Assembly (NCBI GenBank): GCA_964509395.1
Contig: CAZDYT010000080.1
Coordinates: 1 to 10,775 of the forward strand
Direction: 5' to 3'
Length of the DNA: 10,775 nucleotides
DNA from: an uncultured bacterium
GTDB lineage: Bacteria > Methylomirabilota > Methylomirabilia > Rokubacteriales > DASRDR01
Under the pieces are notes generated by a model that was not told where the DNA came from, did no database searches, and saw only the letters and a program-made list of their open reading frames with translations. Positions 1 through 6,545 of this stretch are shown piece after piece. The translations under genes and the position numbers were made by a program. Positions within the stretch are counted from its first letter, which is position 1, and each line of letters starts with the position of its first letter.

Positions 1-926
1 GTCACGTGGAGGTTCGCCACGTTGTTGAGCGAGTTCCCTCCGTGATGAATCTCGAGGTTCATGTGGAAGGCCTCGGCGAGGTGTGCCGTCTTCACCAGCG
101 GCGTGATCCCGCCCTTCACCGCCACGTCTCCGCGCAGGAAGTCGGTCGCCTGGGCCGTGATCCACGGGGCGAACGCGGTGAAGCCGCCGGGGGAGTACTC
201 GGTGGCCAGGATCGGAATGTGAAGCTGCCGCTTCAGCTTGACGTAGGTGTAGAGGTCGTCGTCGGCCAGCGGGTCCTCGTACCAGTAGAACCCCAGCGCC
301 TCGATGGCCTTCCCCACCCGGAGCGCTTCGGGATAGGTGTAGGCCCAGCTCCCGTCCAGCATCACCGTGAACCCGTCCCCCACGGCCCGCCGGACGGCCT
401 CGCAGACCTCGATGTCCCGCTGGGGCTCGGTCGGCGGGTGGATCTTGTAGGCCGTCCACCCCGCCGACCTGAACATCGCCGCCTCCTCGGCATACGCCTC
501 TGCCGACCGCAAGACCGCGGAGCTGGCGTACGCCGGCACGCTCTCCCGGTACGCGCCGAGGAGCCGGTGGATGGGCAGGCCGGCCACCTTGCCGGCGATG
601 TCCCACAACGCGACGTCCATCGCGCCGATCGCCCGGAGCGTCGTCGAGCGGTTCCTGAGCCACATCGCCTGGTACAGCCGCTCGCGGTCCAGGGGATCCT
701 GGTGCATCACCACCGGCTTGAGAGACTGGATCAGCGACTGGGCATCCAGATGGGCGCCGCGCATCGCCGAGCCCAGGAACGCATGGCCCTCGACGCCTTC
801 ATCCGTCCTCACCGCGAGCAACCCGAGCTGGCTCGTACCGCCGAACCGACCCGTGTGCCGTCCGTACTGGGTGGTCGGGATGCCGGTCCAGGCGAACAGC
901 GTGAGGCCGACGTCGGTGATCTTCAT
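1..926 (-). CDS. Enolase-superfamily enzyme (mandelate racemase / muconate lactonizing enzyme family). It is partial: the 3' end runs off the window start.
   Basis: Manual minus-strand translation from ATG at 926..924 gives MKITDVGLTLFAWTGIPTTQYGRHTGRFGG...AIGAMDVALWDIAGK...YWYEDPLADDD...GDVAVKGGITP. The MKITDV N-terminus, the A-x-DxALWD-x-GK motif and the YEDP motif are typical of MR/MLE enolase-superfamily dehydratases. GGAGGA lies 6 nt upstream of the ATG (rc of 933..938). The frame is open to position 1. The 6..1076 + ORF in the track is its antisense shadow. Confidence 0.85.
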   Translation of the reverse strand, partial: MKITDVGLTLFAWTGIPTTQYGRHTGRFGGTSQLGLLAVRTDEGVEGHAFLGSAMRGAHLDAQSLIQSLKPVVMHQDPLDRERLYQAMWLRNRSTTLRAIGAMDVALWDIAGKVAGLPIHRLLGAYRESVPAYASSAVLRSAEAYAEEAAMFRSAGWTAYKIHPPTEPQRDIEVCEAVRRAVGDGFTVMLDGSWAYTYPEALRVGKAIEALGFYWYEDPLADDDLYTYVKLKRQLHIPILATEYSPGGFTAFAPWITAQATDFLRGDVAVKGGITPLVKTAHLAEAFHMNLEIHHGGNSLNNVANLHV

Positions 927-966
927 CGCTGGTCCTCCATGCGGCGCAGGCAATCGGCTCAGGCAT

Positions 967-1116
967 CGCCGAGCGCGCGCGCCCGAGCACCCCGCGCGCG
1001 GGGTCCTCCGGCACGCTGGGCCACTTGGACCCGACCAGCTCGCCCGTCGCTTCGTCCAGCACGCAGAAGTCGGTGAAGGTGCCGCCGATGTCGATGCCGA
1101 GCCGAAAGGGGGGCAA
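967..1116 (-). pseudogene. 5' remnant (about 50 codons) of a hydantoinase/oxoprolinase (HyuA N-terminal domain) gene. The TTG start and RBS are intact, and the homology breaks off just before the enolase gene start.
   Basis: ORF 799..1116(-) begins MPPFRLGIDIGGTFTDFCVLDEATGELVGSKWPSVPEDPARGVLG. This matches the conserved hydantoinase A/5-oxoprolinase N-terminus (RIGIDVGGTFTDxVLxDE...G.L...KV.STP.DP..GVL). Beyond about residue 50 the translation becomes Arg/Pro/His-rich nonsense that overlaps the enolase gene in another frame. The start is TTG (1116..1114), preceded by GAGAAGGAG 8 nt upstream. Confidence 0.5.
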
Positions 1117-1164
1117 TACCGCGACTCCTTCTCACGGGGAGTACGGCGCCGGTGAATCGCGGGG

Positions 1165-1193
1165 AGGATACGCCGCGCGGGCGACGCTGTCAA
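1165..1193 (-). promoter_or_regulatory. sigma70-like promoter on the minus strand: -35 TTGACA (1193..1188), 17-nt spacer, -10 TATCCT (1170..1165). It would drive the hydantoinase-remnant/enolase transcript.
   Basis: rc of 1165..1193 reads TTGACAgcgtcgcccgcgcggcgTATCCT. The -35 is perfect and the spacer is exactly 17 nt. The element sits about 45 nt upstream of the AAGGAG RBS and TTG start of the hydantoinase fragment. Confidence 0.45.
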
Positions 1194-1350
1194 CGTGCCG
1201 CCGCATCGCTGCGGCCGCGCCGTTGTCGCCGTTCCAGATGGACTCTAACAGGCGCAGGAGGCCCTGTCCTCGAGGCCATGACCTCTTCGCGCTCCGGCCG
1301 GTGATCGTCTTCGAGCATGGCTCCGGCCGGGCCTGCTCGGCCTGCGCTGG

Positions 1351-1944
1351 CTAGTGCATCTGCGGCGGGTCGGATTCGACGGGGGGCGGTTCGGCGGGAA
1401 GGCCGGCGTAGCGCTCCCGGAGGCGCATCCACAGGTCCAGGCGGGCCCAATCCGGGGTCTCGACGTAGGCACGGCGCTTCGGATCGAGCCAGGGATTCGG
1501 GAACCAGATGGTGATCATCTGCTCGCCCTTGCCGTTCCACATGCGAAAGCCCCAGGAGCCGCAGCGGCCGGCCGGATCGAAGTCCCGGTAGAACGCGGCC
1601 CGGGCGCACCGCCGCCAGGCTGCGAGCTCCGGCGAGGTCGGCCGGGACGCGCTACCCCGGTGCGGGCCGACGCACAGATGGAAGTGCCAGGAGTCGGGGC
1701 CTCGGGGACCGATGGTGAGGTACCCGTCGAGATAGCCGATGTGGGGTTGCTCGGCGAACTGGATCTCGAAGACCGCCCCTTGGAGAGACGGCCCGAAGAT
1801 GATCTCGTCCCAGTGGTGCTCGAAAAGCTCCCTGATCAGGGCCAGCAGGCCTTCCTCGCTGGGTCGGATCTCGAAGTATTCGGTTCTCGTGCCGTCTGGA
1901 TTTTTCGTTCCGCGGGATCGAGTCGCCCGGCGTGCAGACGCCAT
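1351..1944 (-). CDS. Conserved hypothetical protein, 197 aa, Trp/His-rich, no recognisable family. It is the last gene of the cyclase-STAND cluster.
   Basis: ATG at 1944..1942 is preceded by GGAGGAG (rc of 1951..1957) with a 6-nt spacer, and lies 30 nt downstream of the STAND gene stop. GC3 codon bias is strong. The protein reads MASARRATRSRGTKNPDGTRTEYFEIRPSEEGLLALIRELFEHHWDEIIFGP...WHFHLCVGPH...ITIWFPNPWLDPK... The upstream 139 codons of track ORF 1351..2361 are R/P/G low-complexity, overlap the STAND gene, and are rejected. Confidence 0.7.
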   Translation of the reverse strand: MASARRATRSRGTKNPDGTRTEYFEIRPSEEGLLALIRELFEHHWDEIIFGPSLQGAVFEIQFAEQPHIGYLDGYLTIGPRGPDSWHFHLCVGPHRGSASRPTSPELAAWRRCARAAFYRDFDPAGRCGSWGFRMWNGKGEQMITIWFPNPWLDPKRRAYVETPDWARLDLWMRLRERYAGLPAEPPPVESDPPQMH

Positions 1945-1973
1945 TTCGGTCTCCTCCGAAGCCGGGCCGGAGG

Positions 1974-4900
1974 TCAGCGGCCCGCCTTCCCGAGTGCCGC
2001 CTCCACCTGCGCCAGCCAGAACCCCATGTCCATCTCGCGGAACAGCGCGGTGGCCGTGGCGAGGTGCGCCTCGGCGTGTGTCTCGTCTCCCGCTCGCTGG
2101 GACAAGCTCCCGAGCCCGAGGTGGCAGCGGGCCACGAGCGGGCGCATTCCCAGCTCGTCGGCGAGGGCGAGGGCCTGACGGTAGTACGGCTCGGCCGCTT
2201 CGGGGTCGGCGCGATCGCGACGCGCGACGGCCTCGCCCAGGAGCCGCAGGGCATAGGCCTCGTACCCGCGCTCCTGGTGCTCGCGCGAGAGCTCGAGGGC
2301 TCGCCGGGCGTGCCCGAGCCCGTCGTCCGCGCGGCCGGCGAGGAGCAACGCTTCCCCCCACTCGGCGACCCTGAGCGACTGGCCGACGCTGATGCTCAGG
2401 GAGGCCGCTTGCTCCACGGCCGCCTCCAGCAGCGGGAGCGCCTCGCCCATGCGTCCCGACAGGGCGTAGGCGGACCCCAAGCCGGTGGCCAGGAACGGAA
2501 ACACGGCGGGAATGCTCGCAGCCTGACTGAGCGCCACGCCGCGATCGAGCACCTCGACCGCCTGGTCGAGTTCCCCCTGGCGCAGGTAGAGCGCCCCGAT
2601 CCCGAGATACGCGCTCACGAGGACGCCCGCGTGATTGAACCGCTCGGCGATCTTGAGCGCTTCTCGGCCCAGGGCGAGCCCCTCCGAGAACTCGCCCAGT
2701 TCCGCCAAGGCCCAGACCGACCAGGTGCGAGTGGTCACCAGGCGAAACACGGCCTCGCTGAACCGGTCACCCATCTCATCGCGCCGCAGGATCTCCTCGT
2801 TCTTCGTGAGGACGCGGACGGTCTGACGGTACTCCCCGCGCGCGAAGTGCGCCTGTCCCAGATAGAGGTTTGCCGCCAGCTCCAAGGGGCGGTCGCCGAG
2901 CTCCGTGGCGATGGTCCGGGCTCGCTCTCCTGCCTCAACCGCCCGGTCCTGATCCCCCATCAGCTGAAAGTAGTGGGTCAGCAACGAGGCAGCGCGCCCG
3001 ACACGACGTTGATCGCCGAGGCCCTGGGCGAGCCGTTCGGCCTCGTGCAGGTGGTCGAGGATCGGACCCAGCTCGCCGAGGGGAATCAGCACGTTGCGGA
3101 GATCAAACCGGAGATCGACCGCCTGCTCCGTCGTCTCGCGGCTCTCGGGGAGATGGCGGAGGCTGGCCAGGGCCTGCTCGAAGTACGACGCCGCCTCGCG
3201 AAACGCGCAGCGCGAGTTCGCCTTCCGGCCGGCCTGCCGGAGGTACCGCAAGGCCTTCGACCAGACCTCGCCCCGGAGGGCGTGATGGGCGAGCCGCTCG
3301 AGCTCCTCGGCCAGCCGGTCGGGGTAGAGTCGTTCGATCGCCTCGGCGATCCGGGCGTGCAGCGCGCGCCGACGCTCCTGGAGCACGCTGCTGTACGCCA
3401 CCTGGTGCGTCAGGGCATGCCGGAACGTGTATTCGAGATCGGGGAACAGGCGCGTCTCGTAGAGAAACTCAGCGGTCTGAAGCTGCGTGAGCCCCCGACG
3501 CAAGGCGTCCGGGCTCCCGTCCCCGGCCACCTCGAGGAGAGCGAATGGCACATCCTTGCCGATCACGGCCGCGGCCTGGAGGAGGCGCTTGTCCTCGGGC
3601 GCGAGCCGGTCGATCCGGGCCGCGACGATCGCCTGAGCCGTGGTCGGGATCTGGATGCTCTCGACCGCCTTCGCCAGGCGATAGGCTGCCCGCTCACCCG
3701 CCAGGACCTTCGTTTCGACCAGGGTCCTGACGCTCTCTTCGAGGAAGAACGGGTTCCCGTCGGTCCGCTCGATCAACAACCGCTTGAGCGGCCCCAGCGT
3801 CGGGTCCTCCCCCAGGAGGGCGCCCAGCAACGCATCCGCCGTTTCGGGCGGCAGCGGATCGATCCGGAGTCGGTGGTAGTAGGTCTTGGCGCTCCACGCA
3901 TGCTGGTACTCCGGCCGGTAGTTGACCAGGAGTAGCAGGCGGGCGGTCGGCAGGCTCTCCACGAGACTGTCGAGGAACGCCTGGGTCTCGGCGTCGATCC
4001 AGTGCAGGTCCTCGAACATGACGAGGACCGGCTGCACCTGGCTTTCCCGGAGCAGCAAGCGCTTGGCCGCGTCCAGCGTGCGCTGGCGGCGCTGCGGCGG
4101 GTCGAGCTTCCGCCAGTCGGCATCCTCGACGGGCACATCCAGGAGCCACAGGAACGCGGGCACCGCGGGCTCGAGCGCCCGATCCAGCGAGAGGAGCTTG
4201 CCCGTCACCTTCTCGCGGATCTTCCTCGGATCGTCGCGCCCTTCCATCTCGAAGTAGGCCCGGAGGAGGTCGATGAGCGGGAGGTACGCGGTCGCCCGGC
4301 CGTAGGAGACCGAGCTCGACTCCAGGATCAGCCAGCCCTGGGTCCGATGCGAGTGAGCGAACTCCCAGTACAGGCGGGACTTCCCGACCCCGGCTTCGCC
4401 GACGACCGCCACGACCTGGCCACGGCCACTGCCGGCCCGCTCGAGTGCCTGGTGCAGCTGCTCCAGCTCCCTGTCGCGGCCGACGAAGCGCGTGAGCCCC
4501 CGGGCCGCGGCGGCGTGCAAGCGCGAGCGGACGGCCGCCGCCCCCGCGACCTCGTAGACCTCGATCGGGGTGTCCAGCCCCTTGACCGGCCGCGGCCCCA
4601 GCGGCTTCACGACGACGTAGCCTTCGGCCAGCCGCAAGGTCTCCGGGGTGACGAGGATCGCCCCCGGCATGGCCATCTGTTCCATGCGCGCGGCGAGATG
4701 CGTCGTCTGACCGACCGCCGTGTAGTCCATGTGGAGGTCGCTGCCGATGGAGCGCACGACCACCTCGCCGGAGTTCAGGCCCACTCGGATGTGAACGGGC
4801 ACGCCTGCCGTCCGGTGCACTTCCTCGGCGTACCGCTTCACCGCCTCCTGCATCCGCAGGGCCGCGTAGCAGGCGCGCACGGCGTGATCCTCGTGGGCCA

Positions 4901-5351
4901 CCGGGGCGCCGAAGAGCGCCATGATGCCGTCCCCCATCACCTGGTTGACGGTGCCCTCGTAGCAATGGACGGCTTCCATCATCCGTTCGAGGACCGGATC
5001 CAGCAACTTCCGGGCTTCCTCGGGATCGCGGTCGGCCAGCAACTCCATCGAGCCCTTGAGGTCGGCGAAGAGCACCGTGACCTGCTTGCGCTCGCCTTCC
5101 AGCGCGCTCTTGGAGGTCAGGATCTTTTCCGCGAGATGCTTCGGGGTGTAGGCCTCGGGCGACACCGGCTTCGTCGCCGGGGCCGGAGCCACCGCGAGGT
5201 CGAGTTGCTGCCCGCACTCGTTGCAGAACCGGCTGCTCGGCGGGTTTGGATGGGCGCAGCCCGGGCAGATGGCTTCCAGCCGCCCGCCGCAGCCATTGCA
5301 GAACTTGGCCGCCGGCGGATTCTCCTGCTGACACCGGGGACACTGCATCAC
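1974..5351 (-). CDS. Multidomain signalling protein, 1125 aa. The domains are an N-terminal double zinc ribbon, a class III adenylate/guanylate cyclase catalytic domain (CHD), a STAND/NB-ARC-like P-loop NTPase (AAA_16-type) and a C-terminal TPR repeat array. There is no DNA-binding output domain.
   Basis: aa 4-47 read CPRCxxxxxxxxxxFCNGCG...CPGCxxxxxxxxxxFCNECG, two CxxC...CxxC ribbons. aa about 88-270 carry VTVLFADLKGSMEL, MGDGIMALFGAP, HIRVGLNSGEVVV and HLAARME, the class III cyclase signature blocks. Walker A GEAGVGKS is at aa 318-325, and a hhhhD Walker B is in LVMFEDLHW (aa about 443-451). aa about 690-1125 have repeating A/L/G-rich 34-residue-like helical repeats (e.g. AYLGIGALYLRQGELDQAVEVLDRGVAL), typical of TPR. 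The single uninterrupted ORF has high GC3 bias. Confidence 0.9.
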   Translation of the reverse strand: MMQCPRCQQENPPAAKFCNGCGGRLEAICPGCAHPNPPSSRFCNECGQQLDLAVAPAPATKPVSPEAYTPKHLAEKILTSKSALEGERKQVTVLFADLKGSMELLADRDPEEARKLLDPVLERMMEAVHCYEGTVNQVMGDGIMALFGAPVAHEDHAVRACYAALRMQEAVKRYAEEVHRTAGVPVHIRVGLNSGEVVVRSIGSDLHMDYTAVGQTTHLAARMEQMAMPGAILVTPETLRLAEGYVVVKPLGPRPVKGLDTPIEVYEVAGAAAVRSRLHAAAARGLTRFVGRDRELEQLHQALERAGSGRGQVVAVVGEAGVGKSRLYWEFAHSHRTQGWLILESSSVSYGRATAYLPLIDLLRAYFEMEGRDDPRKIREKVTGKLLSLDRALEPAVPAFLWLLDVPVEDADWRKLDPPQRRQRTLDAAKRLLLRESQVQPVLVMFEDLHWIDAETQAFLDSLVESLPTARLLLLVNYRPEYQHAWSAKTYYHRLRIDPLPPETADALLGALLGEDPTLGPLKRLLIERTDGNPFFLEESVRTLVETKVLAGERAAYRLAKAVESIQIPTTAQAIVAARIDRLAPEDKRLLQAAAVIGKDVPFALLEVAGDGSPDALRRGLTQLQTAEFLYETRLFPDLEYTFRHALTHQVAYSSVLQERRRALHARIAEAIERLYPDRLAEELERLAHHALRGEVWSKALRYLRQAGRKANSRCAFREAASYFEQALASLRHLPESRETTEQAVDLRFDLRNVLIPLGELGPILDHLHEAERLAQGLGDQRRVGRAASLLTHYFQLMGDQDRAVEAGERARTIATELGDRPLELAANLYLGQAHFARGEYRQTVRVLTKNEEILRRDEMGDRFSEAVFRLVTTRTWSVWALAELGEFSEGLALGREALKIAERFNHAGVLVSAYLGIGALYLRQGELDQAVEVLDRGVALSQAASIPAVFPFLATGLGSAYALSGRMGEALPLLEAAVEQAASLSISVGQSLRVAEWGEALLLAGRADDGLGHARRALELSREHQERGYEAYALRLLGEAVARRDRADPEAAEPYYRQALALADELGMRPLVARCHLGLGSLSQRAGDETHAEAHLATATALFREMDMGFWLAQVEAALGKAGR

Positions 5352-5371
5352 TGAATCACGTGGGCCCGGGG

Positions 5372-5968
5372 CTAGGCCCGTTCGAGGATCGCCTCGGCAT
5401 CGACGGTGATGAACACATCGTCGCCCACGACGACCCCGCCGTCCTGCATGTCCGAGTTCCAGCTGACACCGAAATCGTGCCGGTTGATTCTCGCCGTCGC
5501 CGTGAACCCGGCACGGGTATCGTCGAAGGGCGACCGTCCCTGGCCGAGGTACCGAACTTCCAGCGTGACTGGCTTGGTCACGCCCCGAATCGTCAGATCA
5601 CCCGTGACCTTGTACTCGTTCCGCGCGGTGGGCTCGACCTTCGTGCTTCTAAAGGTGATCGCCGGGTGATGTTCCACATCCAAGAAGTGGCCGCTGCCCA
5701 GGTGTTGGTCTCGTTCGGGCTCCCCCGTCCAGAGTTCCGCCGTGTCGATGGTGACCGCGGCCGACGCCTGCTCCGGGCGGTCGGGATCGAACTCCAGGGT
5801 GCCGCGAACATTCTTGAAATGCCCCCGGACATACGTCACCATCATGTGCCGCACGCAGAACTCGGCGGCTGTATGCGCCTCCTGGAAGCTCCATTTCGCC
5901 ACGGTATTCTCCCCGACCCTGCGTGCAGCCAGCCCCGACGACGGCGTTCGGTGAAGCAGATCGATCAC
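5372..5968 (-). CDS. YceI-like protein (polyisoprenoid/lipid-binding beta-barrel family), with no signal peptide.
   Basis: The translation contains AKWSFQEAHTAAEFCVRHMMVTYVRGHFKNVRGTLEFDP...HPAITFRSTKVE, which matches the YceI pattern W.ID..HS.V.F.V.H...S.V.G.F....G...D. The GTG start at 5968..5966 overlaps the TGA stop of the upstream gene (GTGA, 5965..5968), which implies translational coupling. An alternative internal GTG at 5902 is preceded by GGGGAG. Confidence 0.8.
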   Translation of the reverse strand: MIDLLHRTPSSGLAARRVGENTVAKWSFQEAHTAAEFCVRHMMVTYVRGHFKNVRGTLEFDPDRPEQASAAVTIDTAELWTGEPERDQHLGSGHFLDVEHHPAITFRSTKVEPTARNEYKVTGDLTIRGVTKPVTLEVRYLGQGRSPFDDTRAGFTATARINRHDFGVSWNSDMQDGGVVVGDDVFITVDAEAILERA

Positions 5969-6249
5969 ACGGACGGTCGATCGACCTCGTCGAGGAAGTA
6001 CACGTCAGGCTTGTCAGCGACACCGGCTCGCTGCATCGTTTGTCGCAAGTCCTGGGACTGGGCGAACTGGCGAGCCTTCTCGACGCTCTCCCACTCGAAG
6101 AGGATCACCAGCTCATTCGGGTTGTCGACGCTCCGGAACAGACGGCCCCCTTTGGAACCGCCTGTCTTGCGGGTGGCCCCGTGCTGGTCGAAGATGGGTT
6201 TCCACTTCGCATAGTCCGCGACCTTGTGTCGGATCACCAGGTACGCCAT
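5965..6249 (-). CDS. Small (94 aa) dimeric alpha+beta-barrel protein, DUF1330/Dabb/ABM-like.
   Basis: ATG at 6249..6247 is preceded by GGAGG (rc of 6259..6263) with a 9-nt spacer. The protein reads MAYLVIRHKVADYAKWKPIFDQHGATRKTGGSKGGRLFRSVDNPNELVILFEWESVEKARQFAQSQDLRQTMQRAGV.... The pattern Y.V..H.V.D...K........GG..L.R.......V.I.EF.S.E.A..F..S resembles DUF1330/stress-responsive alpha-beta barrel proteins. The longer track ORF 5965..6414 has an unlikely low-complexity N-terminal extension. Confidence 0.6.
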   Translation of the reverse strand: MAYLVIRHKVADYAKWKPIFDQHGATRKTGGSKGGRLFRSVDNPNELVILFEWESVEKARQFAQSQDLRQTMQRAGVADKPDVYFLDEVDRPSV

Positions 6250-6385
6250 CGCGTGCGACCTCCATGTCGTAGGGATTCGCTTCGCTTGGGCAGGACTCTT
6301 GCGGCGCGCGCACCCAACACAGGATGCGGTACCCCGGACTCCTCGCGGAATCCCTGATGGGTATAATCGACTCGCATCCACCGCC

Positions 6386-6414
6386 ATTCTAGGCGGCCGG
6401 AGGAGCGGCGTCAA
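6386..6414 (-). promoter_or_regulatory. Strong sigma70-like promoter on the minus strand: -35 TTGACG (6414..6409), 17-nt spacer, -10 TAGAAT (6391..6386). It sits upstream of the DUF1330-YceI-cyclase/STAND cluster.
   Basis: rc of 6386..6414 reads TTGACGccgctcctccggccgccTAGAAT. Both hexamers are near consensus and the spacer is exactly 17 nt. The predicted TSS near 6379 gives a leader of about 130 nt to the ATG at 6249. Confidence 0.5.
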
Positions 6415-6545
6415 GCGACCTGCGAGCCTTGCTCGCCAGATCGTCGCGAACCCAATGAGGCAACCCGCCTTCGAGGCTCCGGCTCCAGACGTCGGTCGCC
6501 CGCGAGGTCGTAGCAGGGACGTCAGGCTGTCGAGCGATCCGCTGG

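Noticed and set aside
6-1076. 356-aa plus-strand ORF covering the left end of the window
   Set aside because: It is the antisense frame of the enolase-superfamily gene. Its translation is Arg/Pro/Gly/His low-complexity, typical of shadow ORFs in 70%-GC DNA, while the minus-strand frame gives a clean MR/MLE protein.
1351-2361. Long 336-aa version of the 197-aa gene
   Set aside because: The first 139 codons overlap the 3' end of the STAND gene out of frame and encode RPRGRRARAR-type low complexity. The internal ATG at 1944 has a strong GGAGGAG RBS, so the short form was chosen.
1932-3935. 667-aa plus-strand ORF. Related shadow ORFs are 4002..5354 (+), 3694..5343 (-), 2870..3490 (+) and 1652..2254 (-).
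   Set aside because: All lie inside the 1125-aa cyclase-STAND gene, in antisense or alternate frames. Their translations are R/P/G/A-rich with no motifs, and the 1974..5351 frame carries all the recognisable domain signatures.
6362-6367. Perfect TATAAT hexamer on the plus strand
   Set aside because: No acceptable -35 lies 16-18 nt upstream (ctcctc/actcct), and nothing codes downstream on the plus strand. It lies within the leader of the minus-strand cluster, so it is more likely a chance or leader sequence element. It is mentioned within the leader finding only.
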